Positions 28,030 through 41,041 of a stretch of 64,000 bases of DNA are shown piece by piece (position 1 is the first letter of the stretch; every line of letters begins with the position of its first letter). The notes beneath the pieces were generated by a model. That model did no database searches, was not told where the DNA came from, and saw only the letters and a program-made list of their open reading frames with translations. Made by a program: the position numbers and the translations under genes. The DNA comes from Mobula hypostoma. Lineage: Eukaryota. The stretch covers positions 37,822,001-37,886,000 of the forward strand of contig NC_086097.1 of the NCBI RefSeq assembly GCF_963921235.1, written 5' to 3'.

Positions 28030-29140
28030 AAAATACAGACCTTTCAAGGCCTTTTAAGCATTTTAATCATACCTCCCTTAGCAGTTCAATCCAGATATTC
28101 ACCATACTTTATGTGAAAACATACCCCTCAGAACTCCATTAAATTTCTTCCCTCTGACCTTAAATCTGTGCCTTCTAGTTCAACGCCCTCTTAGGTTTTA
28201 AAAACAACTGCCTCCAGTGTTTCAGAGAGAATGAGCTCAGTCTATCCAATATCCCCTGGACAACCCTTCATTCAAGGCAACATCCTGGTGAATTCTTTCA
28301 ACACTCTCTCTATTGTTACATCTTTTTTGTATTGTGGTGACCAGAACTATACACAATACTCCAAATGTGATCTAACCAATGTTTTATTGAGTTGCAACAT
28401 GACATCCCAACTCTTACACTCAATGCCTTAGCCCACCAAATGCCTTTTTCAATACTCTATCCACCTATGTCACAATTTTCAGGAGGGGATGGACTTACAT
28501 CCCAAAATTTTTATGTATATAAACACTCATAAGGTCCCTTCCAATCTGCATATATGTCCTACCAGAATCTGACTTCCCAAAATACATTACCTTACAATTG
28601 TCTGGATTAAGTTCAATCTACCACTGTCTATCCAACTTTCTAACTGATCTATGTTCTACTGTCTCCTTGGACAACCTTCTTCACTATCTACGACTCCACC
28701 AGTTTTTGTGACAACTACACCTACATTCTCACCCAAGTCACTTACATGTGTTACAAACAACAAATATCCCAATATTGATCCCTGCAGTTCATCATTTGAT
28801 ACAGATCTACAGCCAGAAAAACACCCATCCACCAGTCTGCCACTTCCCACCACGTCAATGTGAAGGATCTTGACTCAAAATGTCAACTGTTCAGTCTTTT
28901 CCATTCATGCTACTTGACCTGTTGAGTTCCTCTAGCATTTTGTGTGTGTTGCTTTGATGTCAATTCTGGATCCAGTCTGCCAATGTGCCAGGAATCCATT
29001 GTGCTTTAACTTTCTGAACCAGCCTGCCATTCAAAAGCTGAACTAGAGATCACTCTGCCTTCATCAATTTTCCTCCTCAAAAACCTCAGTCAGATTTGTG
29101 TGACATGCTTTCCGTACACAAAACCATGCTGACTCCTCCT
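28030..29140 (-). mobile_element. Old CR1 ORF2 3' fragment containing a short Penelope-derived insert (~28855-28955)
   Basis: QGSILGYLLF...TKTGGVVDSEEG in ORF 28656..28853. Confidence 0.75.
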
Positions 29141-29356
29141 AATAATTGTAAAGTAGCCAAAAGCAAAAGTTAACATAAAGGAAATACACATAAATGGCAA
29201 ATAAACAAGTAATGACCTCAAAATGTTATTCCATAGAGTTAAACTAAATACTGCAATGCAATTGAAAATGTACTTACTACAGATCCAAGGCACCAATTGG
29301 AGCAAACCCCTCTTACCAAAACTCCCTGGAAAAAAATCTGCAAATGTGGAAATTCA

Positions 29357-29569
<213 letters not shown>

Positions 29570-30054
29570 TTAAGAGGTAGAAGATTTATTATGACTGGTT
29601 TACCTAGTAATCACAATTTAACATCTTGGCTGTAGATCCAAGGAGTGATAATTCTAAGTTTTTCTTCCAAATTTCATATTTGAATGCAACAGTAATTAGG
29701 CTTGTATCAGTTGCTACAGGAGCATTTGAGTAGTACTGCAATATTAACTCATATATTTATCTTTTCTTTGTACATAAAATAAAATTTATTGGACCACCAT
29801 AATGAAACTTACAAAATTATAAAGACAAATTAACAACTAAATAATTGGAATAATGCACACTAAGTTAAATGAGTATATATTATGCCGGAATTAAATCCTA
29901 TACCAACAAAGATTTTTTTTTGTAATAATACCTACGTATTTTTGTAAAACACTACTGAAAATGAATTTGGATGCAGAGTACAATGCCTCAATATGACACA
30001 TTTAGCACTGGATAAACAAACTTAATGACTCAGATATCAAAGATTTGTATAAAC

Positions 30055-30195
30055 CTTAGAAAACCAGGCTGTGCCTTGGTCAACAGATGCATTTGGCATG
30101 TTTTTGCTGATCTGAGTCAGGATCTGAGCACAATTCATTAAACTGAGGCAACGAGGGGGTACTTCATCTGTCCGCGAACAGGCCAACAAAGAAGC
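30055..30195 (-). CDS. LRRC9: LRRC9 exon (ASLLACSRTDEVPPRCLSLMNCAQILTQISKNMPNASVDQGTAWFSK)
   Basis: ctctgccAG acceptor, GTTTAT donor, 141 nt, phase 0 to 0. Confidence 0.9.
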
Positions 30196-30286
30196 CTGGC
30201 AGAGAAAGGAAAAACATTACCTTTGGTGATGAAAACTTCATTGAGTATAACAACACTGAAAGTATTACCTTTGCCCATTAAGTTGG

Positions 30287-30293
30287 GTGTGTG

Positions 30294-30334
<41 letters not shown>

Positions 30335-30346
30335 CACACACACACA
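30287..30346. repeat. Compound microsatellite (TG)n(TA)n(CA)n
   Basis: Read directly. Confidence 0.95.
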
Positions 30347-30883
30347 AAATAATTCAGCAGATTAATTGCATTTAGGTAATTGCTCAGTATAATAAATTTT
30401 GAAAAGTAAAACAAGAATGGATATAATGAGTGATAAAAATCTGACTAAATTCTTCATAACAATTTTACACTGAGTAATCATTGTAATAAATAATGTTGTT
30501 TTACAATTAAGAAACAGGATTTTTCCCCTTCACATCAATTAAAATGCAGACTATACAATCTTAAGTGAAATAGAGAGCAAGAAATCACAACAGCTATTTG
30601 TCTGACTCTACCTGGTATATTTTAAATTGTGATCATCAGTAAGGTTTTTTTAGACAATATTTTATTTTAAATGTGCATGTGAAATATCAGGTTTTTGTAT
30701 GGTACATGATATTTGGATTACCTGAAATAAAAACTGGTTTGTCCAATAATATACGATAAATTAGTGGAGCACAATAGCCTAAACAGGCGTCAAATTAACT
30801 GAAATCAAATTTGTTCTAACTTTATTACAAGTAACTCAAAAGAAAATCATAAGTATAATTAGTACAATCAATGCTAGTCCTAC

Positions 30884-31009
30884 CTGTGTTACCCTAAATC
30901 CAGTAGTAATATGCAAGGCTGCTGCAATTTCTTCCTCTGTTACACTGCACCCGTTCAAATTAGTGAGAGACTTTAATTGGCCAATGGCTATTGGACGTAC
31001 TAATGCAGG
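30884..31009 (-). CDS. LRRC9: LRRC9 exon, LRR cap (PALVRPIAIGQLKSLTNLNGCSVTEEEIAAALHITTGFRVTQ)
   Basis: aacAG acceptor, GTAGGA donor, 126 nt, phase 0 to 0; LRRcap-like LxxLNGxxVTxEE. Confidence 0.92.
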
Positions 31010-31289
31010 CTGTTCAAATAATTGAGGTTATGAGAAAAGAAGAACGATGAAATACTCTAAAATTAATTAAGCTGCAGTTAACATTTTAAAGCAGAACAAT
31101 ATTTATACATTTTACTTTACAAAAGAAAGTATGAAATTATACAACAAAACTTGTGGTACAAATCATTCTGACTCATCCATTGGCTCGCTTCAGGCATTCA
31201 GATAAAAGTCCCTGACATACATGCACCCTAGCCTCCACAAGAAGATTAAATGGAATTTATGGTAGCCCAAGCATGCTAGAATTCCCAAT

Positions 31290-32088
31290 ATCAAAGTTTC
31301 AAAGGTTCATTTATTATCAAGGTATACAATTCTGAATTTCTTCTTTTCCAGATTGCCATAAAACCAAGAAAGAAAAGAACTGCAGCATGATCATCAACCC
31401 CTAAATCCCTGCTCCCCCACACAAAAAAACTGAACAAAGATGGAACAGGCACATCAACCCCCAAATACCCCTCCCCCGCACACAAAAAAAATGAGAAAGA
31501 TTGGGTGAAAAACACTGAATACAAAAAACATAAGACTGAAAAAAAGTCCACAGTCTGAGTCCACATCTAAAATGCAGAAAACCTGGCCAACATTCTCTCT
31601 CTCCATACCAGTGATAAAAAGGCAGTCTACCCTCTCCATAGCAGAGTGATCTCACCAGCGTTAAAAATGTAGTCTCCCCTCTCCATAGCAGAACAATCTC
31701 ACTAGCATTAAAAAGACAGTCTCCCCTCTCCAGCAGCAGAGCAGTCCCCCAGTGATAAAAAGGCAGGCACCCAGCATTTCAATCTCCCTTGTTGCTTTAA
31801 TCGACAAACAATGGAAGCTTTAATTGGTGAAATGGAGTCAAACATCAGGTCGCAGCCTTCTCACCACCGAGGTTCCTGCATGCTACCCCCACCTCCCGGA
31901 ATCCCTTCAGAGACTGCAGAGCACTGAAACACCCAAACGATCTCCAAACTGAAAATCACAGGCTCCAATAGTTCCAGAATCACATTCAAGATGGAAAAAG
32001 ACATAAAAGAAGTGAAATATATGGCTTCATGATCTATCCAGGCGGTGTTGACCAAAGGAGCATTGTACACAGATGCCATCTTGACCAG
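31290..32088 (-). mobile_element. ~800-bp non-coding retroelement with AAGATGGC head and internal ~50-bp tandem repeat
   Basis: GCCATCTT at 32075-32082; AATAAATGAACCTTTGAAACTTTGA tail; AAAAGGCAGTCTCCCCTCTCCATAGCAGA-like units at 31610-31770. Confidence 0.65.
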
Positions 32089-33464
32089 AAAATTCCACAG
32101 AATCATTTCTCTGTTCCTATGTCTGACCCCATTGACCTTGCTCATTTAAATGATGATTCTCACTGTATAGAATGGGAAAGGCAATGTTTCTCTTTGAATA
32201 TTTTAAGGTACAGTATATCTCATCTTTTAAATTGCATAACTACTTTTTTAGATTCTGATTTCTATTAAAAAGCCTTACAATTTTGGCAGAAACTAAAGAT
32301 TCATCTGTGGCTTTGCCTTCCATCAAAACTTGTCCAGGGTATTCCAGGACCAGATGAGGTCCAAATGACAACAGACTGTCCATGGCCTATTGTCATTTGG
32401 ACCATACCTGTCCAATACCAAGTAGCAGAGGTCAAACAACTTCAAACTAGCCAAGCTAAGAGTAGATGATCTAGAACCATGGGTGTTGACCCAATCCAAG
32501 AAGATCCAGGAAGATCCAGTGCACCATCAATGAATTGCTATTTTTATAGCCTATGACTGACAACACACCTTGATGGCAATCACCAACAGTTGGAAGAACT
32601 GGTGAATACACAGCATTGAACATGTAAAACTTGAAGTTATTCAAGTACAAGCTAATTCTGTATAAATGTATTACTAAAAGACATACTTGTTTTTACCTTA
32701 CTGTATAATTATACAAATACAGTTAAAATATAACTAAAGTTAATTCTACATTTCCACATATTTAATAGTGGGAATTCAGAAAGAATGGTGCTTATACTTG
32801 TGTCTCTCCCCAATCCACTGTTCTCTGATTAATGTTCAATTCAATGACACCCTTTGAAAGTGGAAATAGATAATGAAGAAAAATGTATAAATGAAATTAC
32901 TTCATTACACAATTCAGCATAGTTCAATTTCCATATATTGTTACATATCTGGCCTTGAAATTTGCCTTGAACACCCACTGAACTTAAAATTAAATGAAAA
33001 ATAATGCTGTGTAGCTACTAAATTACATGTGAGCTTGCAACAGTGAACTCAAAGGAAAGAGCATGACCGAGGAACTTTTGATGCCCAAAGTGGAACATTA
33101 ATGAGCTGCAGTGTGGCATACCAATAAAATTTATGTTATGTATCCATCATCTGAAAATTCATCAAGTGTATTGAATTGTCCTTGCACAGAGTGAGGCCTT
33201 TACGTAAGGACAAAAGAATTGCTGTAATTATACTTCAATGTGGGGAAAATGTTTTTGTGCAGATCACTGAAAAAAATACGATGTTGCATGATCAAATGTC
33301 TAGGCCTATTTGTATTAAAAATAATGACTTAACAAACATTGAACAATGTAAGGGAATGACTTAAAGATGTAAACTGTTGGATTTGGGTATTTTTAAAATT
33401 TTCTGTTAACATTGTCCTGTTTCAAATTTTTAGACTTCATGACTGTTATCTCTACAAAGAATAC

Positions 33465-33656
33465 CTTTTTCCATGGATTGTGGCGGAGATCAAGTGTAAG
33501 AAGTTCAAATGCATGCTTACGAAGGACTCCAATTTCCTCTTTAATGTAAGTTAGTTGATTCCAACTCACGTCCAAATATTTAAGCTTATCCATTCCTTTG
33601 AATCCATCTAATGTTGTCACATGGTTGTGGCTTGCATCCAAATATGTTAATTGTGG
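33465..33656 (-). CDS. LRRC9: LRRC9 exon, LRRs (PQLTYLDASHNHVTTLDGFKGMDKLKYLDVSWNQL...LDLRHNPWKK)
   Basis: ctgcAG acceptor, GTATTC donor, 192 nt; inside ORF 33393..33767. Confidence 0.95.
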
Positions 33657-34418
33657 CTGCAGAATTTTAAAACAATGTAATAAGGATTGAGATTTTACTG
33701 TGCTAGATAGATGCAGTAATGGGATCTTCATGACCATCTCAGTTATTATCCTTTTGCCGATCACCATTTATACACAAGTAGTTAAGTGACATAGGTGGCA
33801 TAACTTATGGCACTACATTGGAGAGACCACTTTGTTGTGGAAGTGCCTAATGTTAAGTGCTGAAGGACAAGACTCTCCAAGCACATTACCAACCCCCCTT
33901 CCCACCACCCTTCAAACTTTCAAAACCTTCAGTTGCACAGGAGAAAATCACCCTTTTGATTTGAATAATGCCTGGAAATATTCAATTAAACTTCTGAAGT
34001 GGCATACAATGATCCGCAAGTGGTCATTATCACTTCCTTGTTTTAGTTAATATGAAGAGGAATTCCAATACAACAGAGTGATAAGAGAATGCTGATGATT
34101 CTATGCACAGTACTGTATTTGTCAACATGGAATGGAGAGCGAGTTTGTAAACCTGGCAGGAGCAAATGATGTTGTTGGGAATGGCATGGTGGAGCACTAC
34201 AGAAACCAAGGTCATTTGATTTCAAACAACTGGTTTACTGATCATTACAGAATATCTCTCTGGTGCTTCCCTCTCCTCAACCATGATTCCCCTCTCCCTG
34301 CACCCTTCTCTCTCTCAGTCCACAATAGAGACCCATATCAGGTTTATCATCATCACTCACGCATCATGAAATTTGTTTTTACTGCAGCAGCAATGCAGTG
34401 CAATACATAAAACTACTA

Positions 34419-34486
34419 CAGTACTGTGCAAATGCCTTAAGCATCCTAGCTATATGCATGAGTCTACCAAATTTCGCATAACACTG
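34419..34486. mobile_element. Tiny Tc1/mariner-type MITE
   Basis: TA-CAGTACTGTGCAAA...TTTCGCATAACACTG-TA; degenerate TIRs. Confidence 0.55.
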
Positions 34487-34744
34487 TAGCTGCAGCACCA
34501 ATAAAAATAAGCATTTCATACACCTTGTTTACCACTTGCATCATCACTTTCATTGACTAGTGATCTGGTCCCAAAGAGCCCTCTGTATCTTGGTGCTTTT
34601 AAGGGGTCCACCATCTGACCTCCCAAAGTACAATACCTCACACTTGTCTGGATAAAACTCCATATTGCACTTCTCTATCCACATCTGTAAACTGATCTAT
34701 ATCCTGCAGTATTCTTTGATATTCCTCTACATTGTCAAAAATTC

Positions 34745-35175
34745 CAATAATCCAAACCCAAACTTAATTTGAAATTATCTAAATCTTACATCCATCCCAC
34801 AATGCGAGGGAGTAAAAATCTTTGCATTATGACTCTATCGCAATGTACATGTGAACTTATAAGTCTAATAGCTTGTAGAAAGAAGCTGTCTCGCAGCCCG
34901 TTGGCTCTGCTTTAATGCTGTGGTATCATTTGCCAGATGGAAGAAGCTGAAAGTTTTTGATTGGGGTGGCTGGTGTTCCTGATGATATTCCAGACCTTCT
35001 TTACGCACCTACTGCTGTTAATGTCCTCCGTAGAGGGAAGTTCACATCCACAGATGTGCTGGGCTGTCCGTACCACTCTCTGCAGTGCCCAGCAATCAAA
35101 GTTGGTGCAGTTCCCGTACCAGGCGGTGATACAGCCAGTCAGGATGCTCTCAATGGAGCGCCTGTAGAAGGTCTT
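34745..35175 (-). mobile_element. Rex1-type 3' fragment nested in an old CR1
   Basis: Minus strand SILTGCITAWYGNC...LQRVVRTAQHI motif. Confidence 0.75.
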
Positions 35176-36434
35176 GGTGTCATCTGCAAACGTGCTGATC
35201 CACTCATCTACATTTTTAATCTAAATCATTGATATAAATCACAAACAGACAGAGGTCCCAACACCAATCATGGGTGGAGCACCACTGTCACGGACCTCTA
35301 GTTACAATAACAGTCCTCCACCCTACTTCCTGTTTTATTTAGACAAGTAAGTTCTGAATCTAAATTTGCAATTCGTCCTGGGCCTTTATCATCTGAATCA
35401 ACCTATCATGAGGGATATTATCAGATCCCTTACTACAGTCTACGTAGTTTAAATTCCACTGTTTTATCCTCATCAAGCTCAAGGAAGTAAGGATAGTGAT
35501 AGGGAGATGGAGGTCAAGTACAGAGGGGGAAGTAGTAGAGAACCAGAGGAAGAAATATTTTGATGTTTTTTCCATAGTTAACGTATGAACCAAATATGTT
35601 TTTGGTCACTGCTCAGAAGATATATGTTAGATTTCCAAAATTTTTGCAAACAAGTTTTCACCTTCATACATGAAAGATTGGAGGAGACTATCCCTGTTCA
35701 AATTTTTCCTCTGCTAGCCATCTGAATAATATTAACACTCCTTTTTGATGATGGCGATTGAAGATTCCCAAGTTAATGGAATGAAAACTTGAATAATAAG
35801 TAATAATAAAATAAAGATAAGGAGAAAGAAAAGAATGCAGTCAGAGAGAAGGAATTATTTATATTACAAAATGAATCACATCTAAATAGATCACTGACAA
35901 TTTTTCTCAATTGTTCCCGCACCATTTGTAAATATGTATTTTATAGTTCAATATATGGGTAATTGTGGCTTAGTATTAATTTATACCACAAATTCCTTGA
36001 TGTGATCCATTGATAATTCTCAGTAAAACCAGTAAACTAATCCTAACACCTTGAAATGAGGATGAATTAAACCTATTCCATCTTTCAATTTCTAAGGCAG
36101 CTTATGGGACCAATGCAGGAGCTAGACTCTTCCACAGATGGAACAGGTGGTGGGCAAGGAGATAGATGGGTGAATATATATGTTGCAGTTTCCTCAATTT
36201 ACCACTTACACAGAACTGCTGTGTGCTCCCAATAAATGACCTTGAGCTTCCCAACTACCATCCTGGATACTCCTTTTTCACTTAAAGCAATCATGGGGCA
36301 GAAGTTCCGAGGAGTCATTGGGGATGTTACACTTCAAAGAACTTTGACCACATCCTTGAATCATTTCTACTGTCTGCCTGGTAATCTCTTCCCATTACAA
36401 AGGTCAAAGTAAAATGCTTCAGGAATCTGGTACA

Positions 36435-36850
36435 AGACCAGAAGATATAGTAGAAGAATTAGGCCATTTGGCCTATCAAGTCTGCTGTACCATTTCATCA
36501 TGTCTGATCCAAATTTCTCAGTCCCAATCTCCTGCCTTCATGCTCTGACCAATCAATAATCCATCAATGTCTGCCTAAAATATACAAAAATATTTGGTCT
36601 CCTCAGCTGCCTGTGGCAAATAATTCTACAGATTCACCTCTGGCTAAAGAAATTCCTTCTTATCTCTATTCCAAAAGGACACCCCTCTTTTCTGAGGCTG
36701 TGTCCTCTGTGTCTTAGACACACCCACCATAGGAAACATCCTCTCCACATCCACTCTATCAAGGCCTTTCCCCATTTGATAGGTTTCAATGTTCATTCTT
36801 CTTAATTCTAGTGAATACAGGCCCAGAGCTATCAAATGCTCTTCATTATC
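36435..36850 (-). mobile_element. CR1 3' fragment
   Basis: ORF 36644..36859 (LGLYSLELRRM...GLDRVDVERMFP). Confidence 0.8.
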
Positions 36851-37867
36851 ATAAGGCATTTAGATGACATAGCCTGTCCAATGTTGTTGACTGACTGTTT
36901 TTTGGGTCTCAATACTGGTGGTGTTAGCGGAGAGGTAACACTGACATTGGTTTACTTGTCCACTTTTACATTCTGGAATAATTGCAAACAGAAATCTTTA
37001 AGTGCTACAGTCTTTATGGTTGAAGGCCTCCTTAGGTGCTGAGAATTCAGGTATTCTGCTGAAGTAATGATGAAATATGGTGACAAATCTCCAAATCATG
37101 AAGACACAAAATAAAAAAAGGAAGTGCGTAGTTGGAGGTGATGTTTTCATGCACCTGGTGCTAGTCACTTTAACTGACAGAAATGCTGTTGGAAAATATC
37201 TTGTGGACTCTCTGTGATGGATGATGCCAAGCTTTTTGTGTACTGCTGATGCTACATTCAGCTAAGTAAACAAATGCAAAATGGGGAAGTGAGTTACATC
37301 TCAATTAAAAATGAGAAATTCTTAATTAAATTTTAGGCAAACCTCTGGCTATGGATGGTAAAGGATTTGATATTATGTGAACGTCAAGGTAAGTGAGACT
37401 TTTTATCTTGTTAGATATATTCATTCATTGGTAGTATTGGGTCATGAACGCCAGTAACCATATTTGCACTCCATGGCTGTAAGCAATCCAAGTTTCATCA
37501 TATATAGTCAGTTTGAAGGAATTAATCAATAGAACTAAACTTTGTCATCCTTAATTTTATCCTTTATTTGGAGAAACAATCACTGATAAACATAGTTGGA
37601 AGTGTTTTGAGTGTAGGACATTGCCTGAATGAATTCTTGCAGTGATGTGCTGGTGCTAACATTATTGCTTTCCAGCAATGACAGCCTTCTTCCTTTGCTC
37701 TGTGTAGGTGTGTAGGTGCATAGGTGTACATGCGTGCGTGCGTAATGTGCCTTCAATTCATTGGGGGAGCTCTTGTTCCAATTCTCATTAACTTCAGTTT
37801 TACTGTAAATTTATGCTGAAAATATTTATAGGATTGAAACAGATCTACACATAATTTACTGTAATCA

Positions 37868-38044
<177 letters not shown>

Positions 38045-38728
38045 TTAAATTAAGCCTCACAGTAGAATTCATAATTATTCTTCACTCAGTAGCTATTTCC
38101 ATAAATGTGAGTTTACTGTGCTTTCATATCCTATATTAAGGAATAGTATGTTCCTTGATTTAAGAAATGCAAATTCAATTTATTTTCCAAATTATAATTT
38201 AGAAGATAACTATTCTGTGACTATAGCTTTTAACAATATTTGTAGCTTGGTAGCTTGTACTTCACATAAAGGACTTCATACATTTAGGATTGATTTTTGT
38301 TGCTGATTTTGTAGCACAATTCAGCTTCTCCTTTCTCTTGGATAAAGTTGAACAAACTCCTCAAAAGGTTCCACAATACTGAAATGAATTACCTTTCAAG
38401 GTTGCTTACCAAAATTTAAGCACCTAGCCAAATTCCCCTATATAGGTAGGTATGCGTATTAGAATTGGATTTTGTTCTTTTTTAAAGAAAGGATTAAATT
38501 AATATCCCTGGATAAATAATGGGCATAGATTCCACTTCAAAAATCTATCTGATAACGTAGTAATATTCTCATTATGAAATCTTAAAGTAATGATATGTAA
38601 CTATAACTTGGTTTTATTGCCGCATTAATTTTAAAATGTTTCAACTTGTATCTTGAGTTATTGTGAGGAACAAATGTTTTGCCAAAATCTTAAGTTACTT
38701 TATATAGATTTGACTGGAAACAACTCAC

Positions 38729-38944
38729 TGTGATGTGATTCAGTGCTGAAGCTTTAGATATAGAAAGTAATGTCATTTCTTCCAAACATAAGATTTTAGG
38801 TTTTTGCTTCACAACAGGATCCATTCTCAGAACTTCTTCATCAAGGGCCTTGGCTTGCTGTATCATCATTATTTCTGCTTTACCATGCTTTCTTTGAGAT
38901 GTTTTATTTTCAGAAAAAGCAGAATAAAATTTCTGCTGATCATT
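38729..38944 (-). CDS. LRRC9: LRRC9 exon, linker (NDQQKFYSAF...ALDEEVLRMDPVVKQKPKILCLEEMTLLSISKASALNHIT)
   Basis: tatttAG acceptor, GTGAGT donor, 216 nt open, phase 0 to 0. Confidence 0.9.
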
Positions 38945-40407
38945 CTAAATAATATAATTTGTCAGAAAAATTATTAAACACATTCAGTTAATCGTTTCAC
39001 AAAATGCTTTTTATAGATTATATTTTCTTTAACTCATCTCCAATTCAGTTTTTTCATCAAATGTGCAGATAATTGAACAAGTTATTGACCTTATAAACTA
39101 TAATGTAAATTCACTGCATTTTAGAATTATAGAACATGTTTATATCATGCAATGAGTCTATTCAGCCCAGCTCATCCATGCCAATAAAAATAGAGCAATC
39201 TAGTCTAAACCTAATTCCTGACCTCCAGATCTTGATGCATAGCTATATAGGGTATGGCACATCAAGTACTTTTTAAACACAATGACACTTCTGGCTCCGA
39301 TGATCTATAGACCACATCACTTTCAGGAATGAGGAGGGGGAAGATATAGTGGAATTCTCCACAACAACCTGTAATCCCTCAATTAATTAAACCAATGCCT
39401 CCATGTAAGTGAACAGGTTTTAATAGTGCACTCAAACCACATCAATTAAATCTTCCTCCAAAAAAAACTCTAATCTACCCTACCTAGCCACCCGGAAAAA
39501 AATTCTCAGTACTACAATATTTTCCTAAATCTCTTTTGTAGCTTCCTCATGTTATCATGTGCTTCCTGCAAAATGACGGCCAGAATTTTTCGTAGGTTTT
39601 CAGATGTGGCCTTACTTGTACAGTGGATTCCAATTAATTGGGCTACAGGTTAAGTGGGGCAGCAGCTTATTTTGGACAGTTCTTAAGGGCAAAAACTATG
39701 AGAAAATAGCCAGGATTCCCTTTGTTATTTGACACTCTGTACCACTTAATTGGGACAGGAGAGCGTTGCTGAACAGTTTCTATTTAGCACGAGTTGCGTG
39801 CACTTGCATAACCGTTAGATACTACTACACTGTGATTTAAGCGAACATTTTTTAGGTAGCATCATTTGACTGTGTTTGCATTCAAAAAGCAGTGATTTTT
39901 TTGTCACTGATATTTGGCAAGAATTAAGCAGTAAAACAATTCAGAATTTTTTGTTCACTGCAGTTTCAATAACTCAGGCTTGGAGATGCCAAAAATGGCC
40001 ATGAGTAAAAATGAAATGATTTCACTACTTCAAAAAGTTAGGAATTGTGAAATATTTGAAGGTATCAGGAATGATCTTGAATGTTACAATGAAAATGAAG
40101 ATTTGGAGGATGCAATTGTCGATAGCATTGTTCGAAGGCAGTCTATTAGATTAGATTAGATTCAACTTTATTGTCATTGTGCCAAGTACAGATACAAAGC
40201 CAATGAAATGCAGTTAGCATCTAACCAGAAATGCAAAGAATAGTGTTATTTACAAAATAACTGCAAATAAAAAGTAAGTGCTACAGCACACAAATATAAA
40301 AGTACTGAGACAGTACAATATGAGTGCAATATTGCTTAGCACTGTGATGTGAGGCTCACAACACGCTGGAGGAACTCAGCAGGTCGGGCAGCATCCGTGG
40401 AAACGGT

Positions 40408-40445
40408 CAGTCAATGTTTCGGGCCAGAACCCTTCGTCAGGACTG
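40408..40445 (-). ncRNA. Minimal type I hammerhead ribozyme motif
   Basis: Minus strand CAGTC-CTGACGA-AGGGTTCTGGCCC-GAAA-C-ATT-GACTG. Confidence 0.7.
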
Positions 40446-41003
40446 AAGAGGGAGAGGCCTATAAAGAAGGTGAGAGGAGGGTGGGAAGGAGAAGGAAACC
40501 CGACGCAGATTGGGGGACTGCTTCGTCGTGCACCTCCGCTCCGTCCGCCACAACAGACAGGATCTCCCGGTTGCCACCCACTTCAACTCTGCTTCCCATT
40601 CCCATTTGGATATGTCCATACATGGCCTCCTCTACTGCCATGATGAGGCTAAACTCAGGTTGGAAGAGCAACACCTCATATACCATCTAAGTAGTCTCCA
40701 GCCCCTTAGTATGAACATAGAATTCTCCAACTTCCGGTAGTTCCCTCCCCCTCCTTTCCCCTATCCCTATTTCACTCTGCCCCCTCCCCCAGCTGCCTAT
40801 CACCTCCCTCATGGTTCTGCCTCCTTTTACTACCCATTGTGTTTTCCCCTATTCCTTCTTCATCTTTCCTGCCTATCCCCTCCCTGCTTCCCCTCCCCCA
40901 CCCCTTTATCTTTCCCCTTACTGGTTTTTTACCTGGAACCTACCAGCCTTCTCCTTCCACCCTCCCCCCACCTTCTTTATAGGGCCTCTGCCCCTTCCCC
41001 TTA

Positions 41004-41041
41004 CAGTCCTGACGAAGGGTTCCAGCCCGAAACGTTGACTG
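41004..41041 (+). ncRNA. Minimal type I hammerhead ribozyme motif
   Basis: CAGTC-CTGACGA-AGGGTTCCAGCCC-GAAA-C-GTT-GACTG. Confidence 0.78.

Noticed and set aside
30612..30721. Exon-like segment on minus strand (tttcAG...CAG/GTAGAG, 110 nt)
   Set aside because: In-frame TAA and frameshifting length; flanking exons already join in frame. Could only be a poison exon, no evidence.
31610..31770. Regularly spaced repeats resembling a CRISPR array
   Set aside because: Degenerate tandem units without unique spacers, inside a vertebrate retroelement; no cas genes.
37210..37255. C/D box snoRNA-like motifs (GATGATG...CTGA)
   Set aside because: Too short, imperfect box C, antisense to the host gene.
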